A stretch of DNA of 64,000 bases from a virus (IMGVR_UViG_3300031993_000021), one strand, 5' to 3'. Numbered from the stretch's first letter, positions 39,631-48,926 are shown. A program made the numbers and translations. The notes: generated from the sequence alone by a model not told the origin.

Positions 39631-39867
39631 ATGGATATGGACAAACTTACAAGCAGAAAATTTTGGATCTGTGTAGCAGCGTTCTTGGCAAGTGTAGCAA
39701 CGTCAATTTCAGGAATTTCCACAAGTAATCAGACGGTTACTATTATCGGAACGGTTTGCGGAATTTTCTCAGCAGCTATCTATGCATTTTGTGAAGCATG
39801 GGTTGATGCAAAATCGCTTGATGTTGATATAAGCAAGATGCCTTTAGATGAAGATGAGGATGAGTAA
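39631..39867 (+). CDS. holin
   Basis: 78 aa with two TM helices (FWICVAAFLASVATSI; TIIGTVCGIFSAAIYAF) and an acidic C-terminus; immediately upstream of the endolysin. Confidence 0.6.
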   Translation: MDMDKLTSRKFWICVAAFLASVATSISGISTSNQTVTIIGTVCGIFSAAIYAFCEAWVDAKSLDVDISKMPLDEDEDE

Positions 39868-40574
39868 TGAATACGGTAGACAAGGTGCTTAAGATTGCAT
39901 CCGATGAGGTTGGTTATTTGGAAAAATCGAAAGTTGCCTATCAAAAGAATCCGGATATTATCTATGAAAAGACTGCGGGAGCAGGAAATGACAATATAAC
40001 TAAGTATGGTTATGAGATGAATAAGATATATCCTGCCACAATGGATAAGTTCTCTCTTTGGTGTGATGCATTTGTAGATTGGTGCTTTTATAAGGCTTAT
40101 GGTGTAGCAACTGCAAAATCTTTATTAAATGGTGGCTTTGATGATTATACCGTTGCTTCATGCAAAATGTACGAGAAGTACGGTGCACTTGATAAAACAC
40201 CGAAGATAGGAGATCAGGTCTTTTATACTAAAAATGGTAAATCAAGTGGATGCTACCATACAGGTATTGTTTATAACGTAGATTTGGAGTTTTTCTACAC
40301 TATAGAAGGAAATACATCCAACGCTAATGCTGTTGTAAGAAATGGTGGCGGTGTTTCAAAAAAGAAATACAAGAAAAGCAGTTATATAGGCAAAGTGCTG
40401 TTCGGACATCCCAAATATGATTCTTTGCAAACTAAGACTATTGATGAAATTGCACTTGAAGTCATTGCAGGAAAATGGGGCAATGGAGCAGAAAGGAAGA
40501 AGCGTTTAACCGAAGCGGGATATAATTATGAAATTGTTAAGAAAGCGGTCAATAAATTATATGACAAGAGATAA
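39867..40574 (+). CDS. endolysin: CHAP domain peptidase/amidase with C-terminal CW_7 cell-wall-binding repeat
   Basis: CHAP catalytic Cys (WCDAFVDWCF) and His (GCYHTGIV); C-terminal GKWGNGAERKKRLTEAGYNYEIVKKAVNKLY matches the Cpl-7 (CW_7) motif. Confidence 0.7.
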   Translation: MNTVDKVLKIASDEVGYLEKSKVAYQKNPDIIYEKTAGAGNDNITKYGYEMNKIYPATMDKFSLWCDAFVDWCFYKAYGVATAKSLLNGGFDDYTVASCKMYEKYGALDKTPKIGDQVFYTKNGKSSGCYHTGIVYNVDLEFFYTIEGNTSNANAVVRNGGGVSKKKYKKSSYIGKVLFGHPKYDSLQTKTIDEIALEVIAGKWGNGAERKKRLTEAGYNYEIVKKAVNKLYDKR

Positions 40575-40625
40575 AAATAAATGTATAATAAATTAGAAGT
40601 AATACTGAAAGGATAAGTTTTAATT

Positions 40626-40952
40626 ATGAAAAGTGCAGCGGATAACTTGAAGAATGAATTGGGGATTGATATAGACAAGCCAATTCCTGCCTCTTTCAAT
40701 GTGCCTTATTATGTTCATCAAGATGATATGAACAGACAGGAACAGAGCCATAAAATAGAAAGCAACTGGAAAAACGCAATCATTTGTGGACTTATCTTTG
40801 TCTATGTTATTACTATCTTTGGCTTTCTTATTTATGAATCAAACAAGCCAAGCACTCCGGTTACTGTCACGCAGACTACACCAAGTGGGAATAATAGTTC
40901 TTATATAGGCAGAGACAATATGAGTGTAAACACACCCGAAGCGACGGAATAA
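40626..40952 (+). CDS. hypothetical membrane protein
   Basis: one TM helix (AIICGLIFVYVITIFGFLIY). Confidence 0.35.
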   Translation: MKSAADNLKNELGIDIDKPIPASFNVPYYVHQDDMNRQEQSHKIESNWKNAIICGLIFVYVITIFGFLIYESNKPSTPVTVTQTTPSGNNSSYIGRDNMSVNTPEATE

Positions 40953-40970
40953 TATATAGCTAGTTTTTTA

Positions 40971-40999
40971 GGGAGTTCCTAATAGGAACTTCCTTTTTT
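40971..40999 (+). terminator. rho-independent terminator after lysis cassette
   Basis: GGGAGTTCCT aat AGGAACTTCC followed by TTTTTTG. Confidence 0.55.
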
Positions 41000-41031
41000 G
41001 TTGCCTTTTTTGAGGCAGAAAGGAGAAATAT

Positions 41032-41760
41032 ATGTCACTAAAAACTGATTATAAAGATGATATATTCAGCGGTGATCGTAAATATACCCAAGTAGACAAT
41101 GGTGATGGTACTATATCATTTACTGATGTAACAGAATATGACCAGGTTGGAGACATATTTGGTGCGACTCAGATAAATGAGATTGATGGAAAGATAAATG
41201 GGCATGATACAAGTATTTCTACCATTAATTCAAGCATATCTACCATAAATACAAATATAAACAATCTTAATAGCGAACTTACAGCAAGTGGAACTAAGTT
41301 TTATTTCGATTACAAAAATGGCAAGTGGGGGTGGAATTCAAGCCCTGCGCGGGGTGCCGGTACATTTCACCCTTTTAAGCAATACAGTGCAGCTGGCTCA
41401 TATTCTATAGATGCACTGTTTCATGTAGGTGGTTCAGAGAATGGTAAGGCAAGTACACAGTTGACACTTCCAAGAATGACAGATGATGGTGTTTTATCTC
41501 TTACACAATCTATCTTGTCAGGCTATCGTGGACAAACAACTGCGGTAGATAATAACACACACGGTTATATTACCTTTACCAATAATACGAGAGGCACGAG
41601 TATAGCTTATGGTAGAGATGGAAATTATCAATATTCAGTATCGATAAGTGGATATAATTTAACCTATTATGCTGGGGATATAATAACAGTTTACTGTGAA
41701 GCACAGCAGAAATCTTCTTGGCATGCATATGCTTATTTTGCTTATTCGCTTTCGGCATAA
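41032..41760 (+). CDS. hypothetical fiber-like protein (moron)
   Basis: AGGAGAAATATATG RBS; Ser/Thr/Asn-rich repeats SISTINSSISTINTNINNLNSEL. Confidence 0.35.
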   Translation: MSLKTDYKDDIFSGDRKYTQVDNGDGTISFTDVTEYDQVGDIFGATQINEIDGKINGHDTSISTINSSISTINTNINNLNSELTASGTKFYFDYKNGKWGWNSSPARGAGTFHPFKQYSAAGSYSIDALFHVGGSENGKASTQLTLPRMTDDGVLSLTQSILSGYRGQTTAVDNNTHGYITFTNNTRGTSIAYGRDGNYQYSVSISGYNLTYYAGDIITVYCEAQQKSSWHAYAYFAYSLSA

Positions 41761-41776
41761 TTTTATCGAGGATAAA

Positions 41777-42016
41777 ATGAAATATAACGAACATAAAATA
41801 CAGGATATGAAAAGATCAGATATAGAGAAGATTGTAAATGAATATGTTATTGGATTTAAGGCAAAGCGTAATCGCAAGTTGCTTTTGCTTAGATGGTGCG
41901 ACGGACTAACTTTCGAGGAATTAGCAGAAGAACTGGACATGTCAGTAAGTCAAGTAAAGAAGATAACATATGAATATGAAAAGGTTTTATGCAAACATTT
42001 ACGGGTAGAGGATTAA
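41777..42016 (+). CDS. sigma-70 region-4-like HTH protein
   Basis: GAGGAT RBS; LLLLRWCDGLTFEELAEELDMSVSQVKKI matches the region 4 / LuxR-type HTH. Confidence 0.4.
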   Translation: MKYNEHKIQDMKRSDIEKIVNEYVIGFKAKRNRKLLLLRWCDGLTFEELAEELDMSVSQVKKITYEYEKVLCKHLRVED

Positions 42017-42045
42017 ACCTCTACCCGCTTTTTATTTGTTCTTTG
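42013..42045. terminator. bidirectional terminator
   Basis: CGGGTAGAGG attaaa CCTCTACCCG followed by TTTTTATTT; sits between convergent genes. Confidence 0.55.
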
Positions 42046-42865
42046 TTATTTCATCAAAGATTTTCTGAATTTCGTCCTTGGGAATATTCGGAATAGATGA
42101 TTTAATGATATCTATTGATACGCCATTCTTATATAAGTTTTCAGCTATTTTTTTGCAAGCTTTAAGCTCAACTTGGTCTAATACATCACACATGGTACTA
42201 CCTCCTTCCACGAGTTCTCCTTGTATACTCTCAAATCTATCATCATCAGTTAGAACAGAGAGAATTTTCAGGAGTGGATCTGGATACTCTATTTTTTCTG
42301 TTATTTCTGCAACTTTGCTTTTATCATGCATAAATTTTGCAAGAATCTTAAAGTCACTATGAAATAGATTATCGATTTCTTCATTGGACATATGAGCAAT
42401 ATCAAATACGTTTATATGATAATCGCTAACATATTTATCTAGGCATTTTGGAATGTCTAATCTTTCTTTAAGACTTCTTGGTGCACTCCAAGGCTTTTCG
42501 CCATAATACAATACTATTGTTATTACCGGATATCTGCTTGGATTGTCTTTGTCTAAGAGTTGGCTTCTGTATGAAGCGCCATCATAACCAATTACTCTCA
42601 AGACCATATCATTGTCTATTTTCGTTTGATTTTCAATGCCGATAATTGAAAAAATGACATCTTCTTTTACCCATCTTTTTGCAATATCACGTTCTTGCTC
42701 ATGGAGCTTGCTGTCATCAGCTTTATATTGCGATTTCGTAGGTAGGTCTAATAATTCATCTTCTTTGATTGTTTGATTTCCTCCAAAGAGAGTTCCGTTG
42801 ATAATATCGGCAAATATCTTGTTTATCTCTTCAAAGTGTTTTTCTGCAATGTCTTTAGTTCCCAT
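42032..42865 (-). CDS. Rpn-family (YhgA-like) PD-(D/E)xK recombination-promoting nuclease / putative transposase
   Basis: The pattern ...IFSIIGIENQTKIDNDMVLRVIGYDGASY ... PVITIVLYYGEKPW matches the Rpn/Transposase_31 core. Confidence 0.5.
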   Translation of the reverse strand: MGTKDIAEKHFEEINKIFADIINGTLFGGNQTIKEDELLDLPTKSQYKADDSKLHEQERDIAKRWVKEDVIFSIIGIENQTKIDNDMVLRVIGYDGASYRSQLLDKDNPSRYPVITIVLYYGEKPWSAPRSLKERLDIPKCLDKYVSDYHINVFDIAHMSNEEIDNLFHSDFKILAKFMHDKSKVAEITEKIEYPDPLLKILSVLTDDDRFESIQGELVEGGSTMCDVLDQVELKACKKIAENLYKNGVSIDIIKSSIPNIPKDEIQKIFDEITKNK

Positions 42866-43047
42866 TAAATCCCCTTGTAAAACTTAGTGAATGTCACAAT
42901 ATATTAGACATTCTGTAATTTCATAATAGCAGAAAGAGGGTAAAAGTCAAATTAACAAAATAATACTTTTTTAATACTTTATTCATACTATTACCGTATT
43001 TTACGCGGTTTTCACACTCTTTAAAATGTTATTAGAGGGTAAAGGTT

Positions 43048-43443
43048 ATGGCTTACAAGCATTTCAATAATAATCCGAGGCATAAGCATAATGTGGGTGA
43101 CTGCGTGATAAGAGCTGTATCCAAAGCATTACATATTTCATGGGAAACAGCCTACATCGATATGGTAATGCAAGGCTATTTAATGGCTGATATGCCATCA
43201 TCAAACGCGGTCCTTAACTCATACTTGCGTACAAAAGGATTTACAAAGCATACATTACCTGATACTTGCCCTGATTGTTATAGTTTTGAGGATTTTGCAA
43301 TAGATAACCCTCAAGGAACTTTTATTCTTGGAACCGGTACACATGTTGCAGCTTGCATTGATGGAATAATCTATGATGCATGGGATTCTTCTGATTGTGT
43401 GCCTATCTACTATTATGAAAGGGAAAATTATGAATTATCCTAA
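43048..43443 (+). CDS. hypothetical protein, possible papain-like Cys/His peptidase
   Basis: GDCVIRA (Cys) and GTGTHVAACIDGIIYDAWD (His/Asp) arrangement. Confidence 0.25.
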   Translation: MAYKHFNNNPRHKHNVGDCVIRAVSKALHISWETAYIDMVMQGYLMADMPSSNAVLNSYLRTKGFTKHTLPDTCPDCYSFEDFAIDNPQGTFILGTGTHVAACIDGIIYDAWDSSDCVPIYYYERENYELS

Positions 43444-43867
43444 TTATCCGAGTTATTATCAGAACTATCCAAATTATCAGCAACAGTATCAACAGCCTAT
43501 TCAGGTATCTCAGCCCACTCAGTCTATACAGAACATGCAGAATCAGATTCTTGCATGGGTAAGCAGTGAAGAGGAAGGAACAAACTTTCCTTTAAGCCCT
43601 GGGCAGAGTATTTTCCTAATGAACCAGAAAGAACCTTATTTATATATGAAGTCTGTAGACCAGCTTGGTAAGACTACCTTTATCAAGAAGAGACTTATTG
43701 ATGAGAGCGATAATCCTGAAAACAAGATTGATCTTAAGGACTATATAAAAAGGGAAGAGTTAGAGAATCTAATCACGGACAAGATACAGAAAGAGGTTGA
43801 GAAACGAGTATCCCAGATTTCATTTAAACCCACAAAGAAGAAAGTAGTTGAAGATGATGAGGAATAA
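43430..43867 (+). CDS. Q/N/Y-rich low-complexity protein
   Basis: N-terminal NYPNYPSYYQNYPNYQQQYQQPIQ; GGGAAAATTATG RBS. Confidence 0.4.
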   Translation: MNYPNYPSYYQNYPNYQQQYQQPIQVSQPTQSIQNMQNQILAWVSSEEEGTNFPLSPGQSIFLMNQKEPYLYMKSVDQLGKTTFIKKRLIDESDNPENKIDLKDYIKREELENLITDKIQKEVEKRVSQISFKPTKKKVVEDDEE

Positions 43868-43870
43868 TAT

Positions 43871-44176
43871 ATGAATCCATTTTTTAATCCAATGATGATG
43901 GCAAGGATGAATCCTATGCAGAATATCATGAATGTGATGCAACAGGTTCGGCAGATTAAGCAGAATCCTAATCAGCTTGCAAGTCTTTTACAGCAAAGAG
44001 GAATGATAAGCAATGAGCAGATGAGTGATATTCAGAACATGGGTAATAACTATGAGCAGATAGGGCGGTATCTAATGAACAATGGGAAAATGCCGACTAA
44101 TGTTCAGCAATATCAAGGGCAAGTAGAACAGGTTCAGAATATGATGAATCAAGGTTTTAATGCGCATAAAACATAA
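43871..44176 (+). CDS. M/Q/N-rich low-complexity protein
   Basis: MNPFFNPMMMARMNPMQNIMNVMQQVRQIKQNPNQ... Confidence 0.4.
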   Translation: MNPFFNPMMMARMNPMQNIMNVMQQVRQIKQNPNQLASLLQQRGMISNEQMSDIQNMGNNYEQIGRYLMNNGKMPTNVQQYQGQVEQVQNMMNQGFNAHKT

Positions 44177-44201
44177 ATATCTTAATGAAAGGAGTTCTAT
44201 T

Positions 44202-45074
44202 ATGAACGATGAGTCAATGGTAATGCCGGTTGCTCCTGCATATGGTGGCGGTGGCTTTGGCGGCGGTTTTGGCTATGGAAGTGACTTTTGGCTTATTCTT
44301 ATCATCTTATTTGCTTTCGGCGGATGGGGTGGAGGATTTGGCGGTTTTGGTGCTAATAGCTTTGCAGCTGATGGTGCTATGCTTTATCCTTGGATGAATC
44401 AGGCTGAAATCACAACAAATGGATTCCAGAATCAGGCTACTAACACAGCTATCAATGGCTTGCAGAACTCTGTAACATCCGGATTTGGTGATGTACAGCT
44501 TGGTATTGCAGGCATCAATCAGAATATCTGTCAGACAGGTAGCGGAATAACACAGGCTGTCAATAATGGCTTTGCACAGGCTGAGATTGCAAACAACACA
44601 AGACAGATTGCAAATCTTCAGCAGGCATTCGCTAATCAGACAGCTATGAATCAGGGCTTTAGCGGTTTACAGACACAGCTTGCTACATGTTGCTGTGACA
44701 ATAGGGCAGGACTTGCAGACCTTAAGTACACAGTTGCAACAGAGGCTTGCGCAGATAGATCAGCAGTCAATGATGCTCTTAGAGACGTTCTTGCTGCTAA
44801 TACTGCATCAACTCAGAGAATCCTTGACCAGATGTGCCAGGATAAGATTGATGCTAAGAATGAGAAGATTGTTGAGCTTCAGAATCAGCTTACAATGGCT
44901 GAGCTTAGAGCTAATAACAATCAGCAGACTCAGACACTTCTTACAGACAATCTTGCACAGACAAATGCTCTTGAACAGTATCTTGCACCTGTTCCCAGAC
45001 CTGCTTATATTGTTCAGAATCCTAATTGCTGCACAAATACATGCGCGTACAATTGCGGATGCGGCGTAGGCTGA
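44202..45074 (+). CDS. Gly-rich membrane protein with Cys-rich C-terminus
   Basis: AAAGGAG RBS; GGGGFGGGFGYG and WGGGFGGFG flank a TM helix; the C-terminus is NPNCCTNTCAYNCGCGVG. Confidence 0.45.
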   Translation: MNDESMVMPVAPAYGGGGFGGGFGYGSDFWLILIILFAFGGWGGGFGGFGANSFAADGAMLYPWMNQAEITTNGFQNQATNTAINGLQNSVTSGFGDVQLGIAGINQNICQTGSGITQAVNNGFAQAEIANNTRQIANLQQAFANQTAMNQGFSGLQTQLATCCCDNRAGLADLKYTVATEACADRSAVNDALRDVLAANTASTQRILDQMCQDKIDAKNEKIVELQNQLTMAELRANNNQQTQTLLTDNLAQTNALEQYLAPVPRPAYIVQNPNCCTNTCAYNCGCGVG

Positions 45075-45089
45075 TAAGGAGGTATAGCT

Positions 45090-45566
45090 ATGGCTGAGTA
45101 TGTATACAATGCAGTTCAGGAAGTACAGCCGAATCAAAATGTATTATTGCAGAGCAGTATTCCTTGTGGAAAAGGCTATGTATATCATAGGGAAGGCTCA
45201 GGCATTCTTACTCTTAAAGGCGTAGTAAACAATCCTTCAGCGTGTTTTGCACGTTATCAGGCTACGTTTAATGGAAATATAGCAGTTCCTTCAGACGGAA
45301 CAGTTGGTCCAATAGCGATTGCTTTAGCAATTAATGGAGAACCAATCCAGTCATCTAAAGCAATAGTTACTCCCGCAGCGGTTGCAGCAGATCCGCCAAC
45401 AACTGCAAACTTTTTCAATGTAACATCTACGGCAATCATCACTGTACCTAAAGGATGTTGCTTTACATTATCAATAGAAAATGATAGTGAAGGAGCTACG
45501 GCAGCGGATGCAGCAACAGCTATACTTGTACAGAATGCAAATCTTACTATTACCAGGATTGCATGA
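45090..45566 (+). CDS. hypothetical beta-rich protein with CC motif (spore-appendage/exosporium-like?)
   Basis: AAGGAGG RBS; Ala/Thr/Val-rich; PKGCCF motif. Confidence 0.35.
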   Translation: MAEYVYNAVQEVQPNQNVLLQSSIPCGKGYVYHREGSGILTLKGVVNNPSACFARYQATFNGNIAVPSDGTVGPIAIALAINGEPIQSSKAIVTPAAVAADPPTTANFFNVTSTAIITVPKGCCFTLSIENDSEGATAADAATAILVQNANLTITRIA

Positions 45567-45577
45567 AAGGAGCGCAG

Positions 45578-46006
45578 ATGAAAGTATATGACCAGATAAG
45601 AGATATGCTGTGCGATGAGCTTGAAGGGATTGCGAAGAAGAAAGAGCTTACTACTAATAGCCTGGAAGTCCTTTATAAAGGCGTAGATATTCTTAAAGAT
45701 ATCTCAACCATCGAAGCTATGGAGCAGGAATACGGCAGCTCACATGATAGTGGATATTCTGGTGGTTATTATGGAAGAATGCCTTATTACATGTATGATG
45801 ACGGTATGGGCGGTCATGGTAATTCTTATGGCAGAGGTCGTAATGCTAGACGCGATTCTATGGGAAGATATTCAAGTGAGGGAAGATCATATGATTATGA
45901 CTACTCAGGCGATACCAAAGAAGAATTGCAGAGGCTTATGAACTCAGCTCAGAATGACAGAGAAAGAGAAGCTATTAGAAAAGCACTCGACAGCATGAAT
46001 AGATAA
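45578..46006 (+). CDS. Gly/Tyr/Arg-rich low-complexity protein
   Basis: AAAGGAG RBS; SGYSGGYYGRMPYYMYDDGMGGHGNSYGRGRN. Confidence 0.4.
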   Translation: MKVYDQIRDMLCDELEGIAKKKELTTNSLEVLYKGVDILKDISTIEAMEQEYGSSHDSGYSGGYYGRMPYYMYDDGMGGHGNSYGRGRNARRDSMGRYSSEGRSYDYDYSGDTKEELQRLMNSAQNDREREAIRKALDSMNR

Positions 46007-46017
46007 TATAAAAGAAG

Positions 46018-46046
46018 GGATAGCTATATCGGCTATCCCTATTTTC
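46018..46046 (+). terminator. rho-independent terminator
   Basis: GGGATAGC tatatcg GCTATCCC followed by TATTTT. Confidence 0.6.
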
Positions 46047-46147
46047 TATCAAATTGTGTATAATGTAGATATTATCTAGCATGGAGAGTTTTTATATACA
46101 TTACACCCTTGGATAAAATCAAGGCTAAACAGTCTATAAAAAAATAA

Positions 46148-47497
46148 TCATAAAAATTTCCAAAGAATATCTACTCTGTCATTATATAGCTCAACCCTTG
46201 AAATAAGCGCATCTACAACTTTACGCTTGTCTTCGGTTGTGCCATTTTCAAAAGTTTCTTTGGCGATTTTTAGTGTATCAACTATATGTTTTTTTACAGC
46301 TTTCTTTGGCTTTTGACTTATTTTCTGTAAGGCTGCTTTTTTTGATTTCAGGTCCTTGATTTTCTTGGCAAGTTCTTCAACATCATCACCGCAGATTGCA
46401 TATAGATCAATAAGTCGCTTAACCTGTTTGTCTATTTTTTCAATCTCGGCTGAATTATCAACTATAGGAGTATCATCTTCTTTGATTTTAATCTTATCAG
46501 CATCCAATTTAAGGATTTCAGAAATAACAATATTATCTATTTCTTCTTCTTTTTTGGGTGTAAGCTCACATTTATGGTCAATCTTATTTAATTGTCCAGA
46601 ATCAAGTCTTCCACATCTATAATAGCCAAATTTTTTTGACTTATAAGTGGTTGAACATGATCTGACTCTACTTCCACAATAACCACAAAAAATCATTCCG
46701 GTTAGTAGATGCTTTCCAGTAGGTGTTTTTCCACCTTTTTTTCGTTCATCAAGCATTGTTTGTACCTTTTCAAATGTTTCCAAATCAATAATTGGTTCAT
46801 GCTGTCCTTTATACTCACCAATCATACCTATATATACAGGATTGCTTAAGATTTTTCTAACTGTTCCAACATAATTCCATGAGGTATATCGTGTAGTGTA
46901 ATGTTGCTGTAGGAAACGAGTTATATCACGGATGCTATTTCCATTTAGATACATATTGAAAATAAGTTTTACTTGCTCGGATTCGGTATTTATATGTAAT
47001 TTACCATCTTTATAATCGTAGCCTATTGGATTATAGTAACCTCCATGCCAAAGACCTTTTCTTTTTCTTCCTTCCTTACCCATTTTCATTCGTTCTTTAA
47101 TTTGTGAGCGCTCAAGCTGAGCAAATGCAGAAAGAATGCCGACCATCGCGATGCCCAGCGCGGTTGACGTATCAAATGATTCTTCAATAGAAACGAAACT
47201 ACAACCATGAGGGGCAAAAACATCTTGTATAAGATATAAAGTGTCTTTTTGGGACCTTGATAAACGGTCTAGTTTATTAACCAAAACTATATCGTATGCG
47301 TCAATTTCTTCAATGAGATTTTGTAGAGCAGGACGTTCAAGACTACCACCTGAGAATCCGGGATCTTTATATATTTTTACTAAGTTCCAATCTTTTGAAC
47401 TACAATAAGCTTTTATTCTTTTTTCTTGTTCAGACAAAGAATAGCCTTTATCTGCCTGTCGGTCTGTGCTTACGCGCAGATATGCTGCAATATTCAA
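46148..47497 (-). CDS. int: large serine recombinase (phage integrase, TP901-1/phiC31 class)
   Basis: N-terminal resolvase domain (AAYLRVSTDRQ with catalytic Ser; LVNKLDRLSRS); recombinase domain; zinc ribbon (CGYCGSR ... CGRLD); C-terminal coiled coil. Confidence 0.85.
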   Translation of the reverse strand: MNIAAYLRVSTDRQADKGYSLSEQEKRIKAYCSSKDWNLVKIYKDPGFSGGSLERPALQNLIEEIDAYDIVLVNKLDRLSRSQKDTLYLIQDVFAPHGCSFVSIEESFDTSTALGIAMVGILSAFAQLERSQIKERMKMGKEGRKRKGLWHGGYYNPIGYDYKDGKLHINTESEQVKLIFNMYLNGNSIRDITRFLQQHYTTRYTSWNYVGTVRKILSNPVYIGMIGEYKGQHEPIIDLETFEKVQTMLDERKKGGKTPTGKHLLTGMIFCGYCGSRVRSCSTTYKSKKFGYYRCGRLDSGQLNKIDHKCELTPKKEEEIDNIVISEILKLDADKIKIKEDDTPIVDNSAEIEKIDKQVKRLIDLYAICGDDVEELAKKIKDLKSKKAALQKISQKPKKAVKKHIVDTLKIAKETFENGTTEDKRKVVDALISRVELYNDRVDILWKFL

Positions 47498-47500
47498 AAT

Positions 47501-47845
47501 TTACTTCCTTTCGTTACTGTGAATCATTCTAACAAAGTTAATAATATCTTCCTTGCGGGCATCAGATAATTCTCTAAACATCGATATCAATTCGGTTTCC
47601 TTTATGTCTTTTGCCTTATTATCTGTGGGAACATCACTGTTTAATTGATTTACAATATCATCCGCAGAGACATTCATTACCTGGGCAACTTTATTGATGG
47701 TCTTGATAGTGGGTATAATACTCGAATCTCTTTCTAATAATGAGATATAGGGTGCACTCAAGCCACTTAAAGCTGCAAAACGTCTTATTGACATTTCTTC
47801 TTCACTAGATAAGCGGAAGTTCTTGATTATCTCACCTAATGTCAT
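47501..47845 (-). CDS. cI-like XRE-family repressor
   Basis: HTH LSGLSAPYISLLERD; divergent from the cro-like gene across an operator-rich AT region. Confidence 0.65.
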   Translation of the reverse strand: MTLGEIIKNFRLSSEEEMSIRRFAALSGLSAPYISLLERDSSIIPTIKTINKVAQVMNVSADDIVNQLNSDVPTDNKAKDIKETELISMFRELSDARKEDIINFVRMIHSNERK

Positions 47846-47916
47846 AGCTCTTTCCTCCTAAAAATATAATTGTTCAGATAAATAATAACACAAATGTCTA
47901 ATATGTTCAACATAAA

Positions 47917-47934
47917 TGTATAATATATTATACA
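47917..47934. promoter_or_regulatory. perfect 18-bp palindrome TGTATAATATATTATACA (putative operator), with related half-site copy at 47974-47992
   Basis: Exact reverse-complement symmetry; lies in the cI/cro intergenic region; repeated AATGTC(T/G)AATAT boxes nearby. Confidence 0.5.
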
Positions 47935-48017
47935 CGAAATGTCGAATATATTATTGATTATATTATGTTATAGTGTATAATATATTTAACACGTTCAAAA
48001 CAGTGGGAGGGAGAAAA

Positions 48018-48209
48018 ATGGAATATAAAATAAGGGAATTACGAAAGGGAAAAGGCTGGTCGCAAGGGGAACTCGCAAAAAGAGCAGGTATCTCAAGAGC
48101 TAATATTGCTCGGCTTGAAGGAAAAAAAGATGTTGTGACAACGACAGATACATTAAAGGCAATTTCAGATGCACTTGAGGTGCCTATGGATTCTCTTTTT
48201 TTGTCTTAA
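48018..48209 (+). CDS. Cro-like XRE-family HTH regulator
   Basis: GGGAGGGAG RBS; KGWSQGELAKRAGISRANIARLE HTH. Confidence 0.65.
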   Translation: MEYKIRELRKGKGWSQGELAKRAGISRANIARLEGKKDVVTTTDTLKAISDALEVPMDSLFLS

Positions 48210-48254
48210 TATGTCTAGTATACTATACACCTTTAGGTGTAGTGGCACTGAGGG

Positions 48255-48926
48255 ATGAGTATGAATAAAGAAATTGTTTACTTGAGAAAAGATGATGCAT
48301 TTACAGACAGCTTGGTTATTGCAGAGGCAACAAACAATCAACACGAGTCACTTATAAGATTGATTAGGCAACATCAAGAGAGATTAGAAAAGTTCGGGAA
48401 GATTGAATTTTCCGATTTGAAATCGGAAAAAAGAGGTAGACCGAAAAAGTATTGTCTACTTAATGAACCACAAGCAACATTGCTCATATCTTTTCTTGAT
48501 AATTCGGATATTGTTGCAGATTTCAAGGTCGAACTTGTTAAGAAGTTTTTCGAGATGCGAAAATTCATTGCTGAAAGACATACAAAAGAATGGATTGAAA
48601 CTCGTCGGCAGGGCAAATTAGCAAGAAAAGACGAAACGGATGAGATAAAGAAATTTATTGAATATGCAATAGCACAGGGCAGTAATCATTCTTCGTGGTA
48701 TTATAAGGCTTTTTCTGAACTAGCAGATAAGATGTGTGGGATAAAGCCAAAGCATAGAGATGATGCGACAACGATGCAATTAAACAATCTTGCTATTTTT
48801 GAAAATATTATTCTTCAGATTATTAAACACGATTTGAAAGAAGGGATTCCATATAAACAGATTTATCAGAATTGTAAAGACCGATGCAATATGGCTAGAG
48901 ATATCGCGATGATTAGCAGTTATTGA
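48255..48926 (+). CDS. phage regulatory protein Rha-family antirepressor
   Basis: N-terminal VYLRKDDAFTDSLVIAEATNNQHESLIRLIRQH matches the Phage_pRha pattern. Confidence 0.55.
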   Translation: MSMNKEIVYLRKDDAFTDSLVIAEATNNQHESLIRLIRQHQERLEKFGKIEFSDLKSEKRGRPKKYCLLNEPQATLLISFLDNSDIVADFKVELVKKFFEMRKFIAERHTKEWIETRRQGKLARKDETDEIKKFIEYAIAQGSNHSSWYYKAFSELADKMCGIKPKHRDDATTMQLNNLAIFENIILQIIKHDLKEGIPYKQIYQNCKDRCNMARDIAMISSY

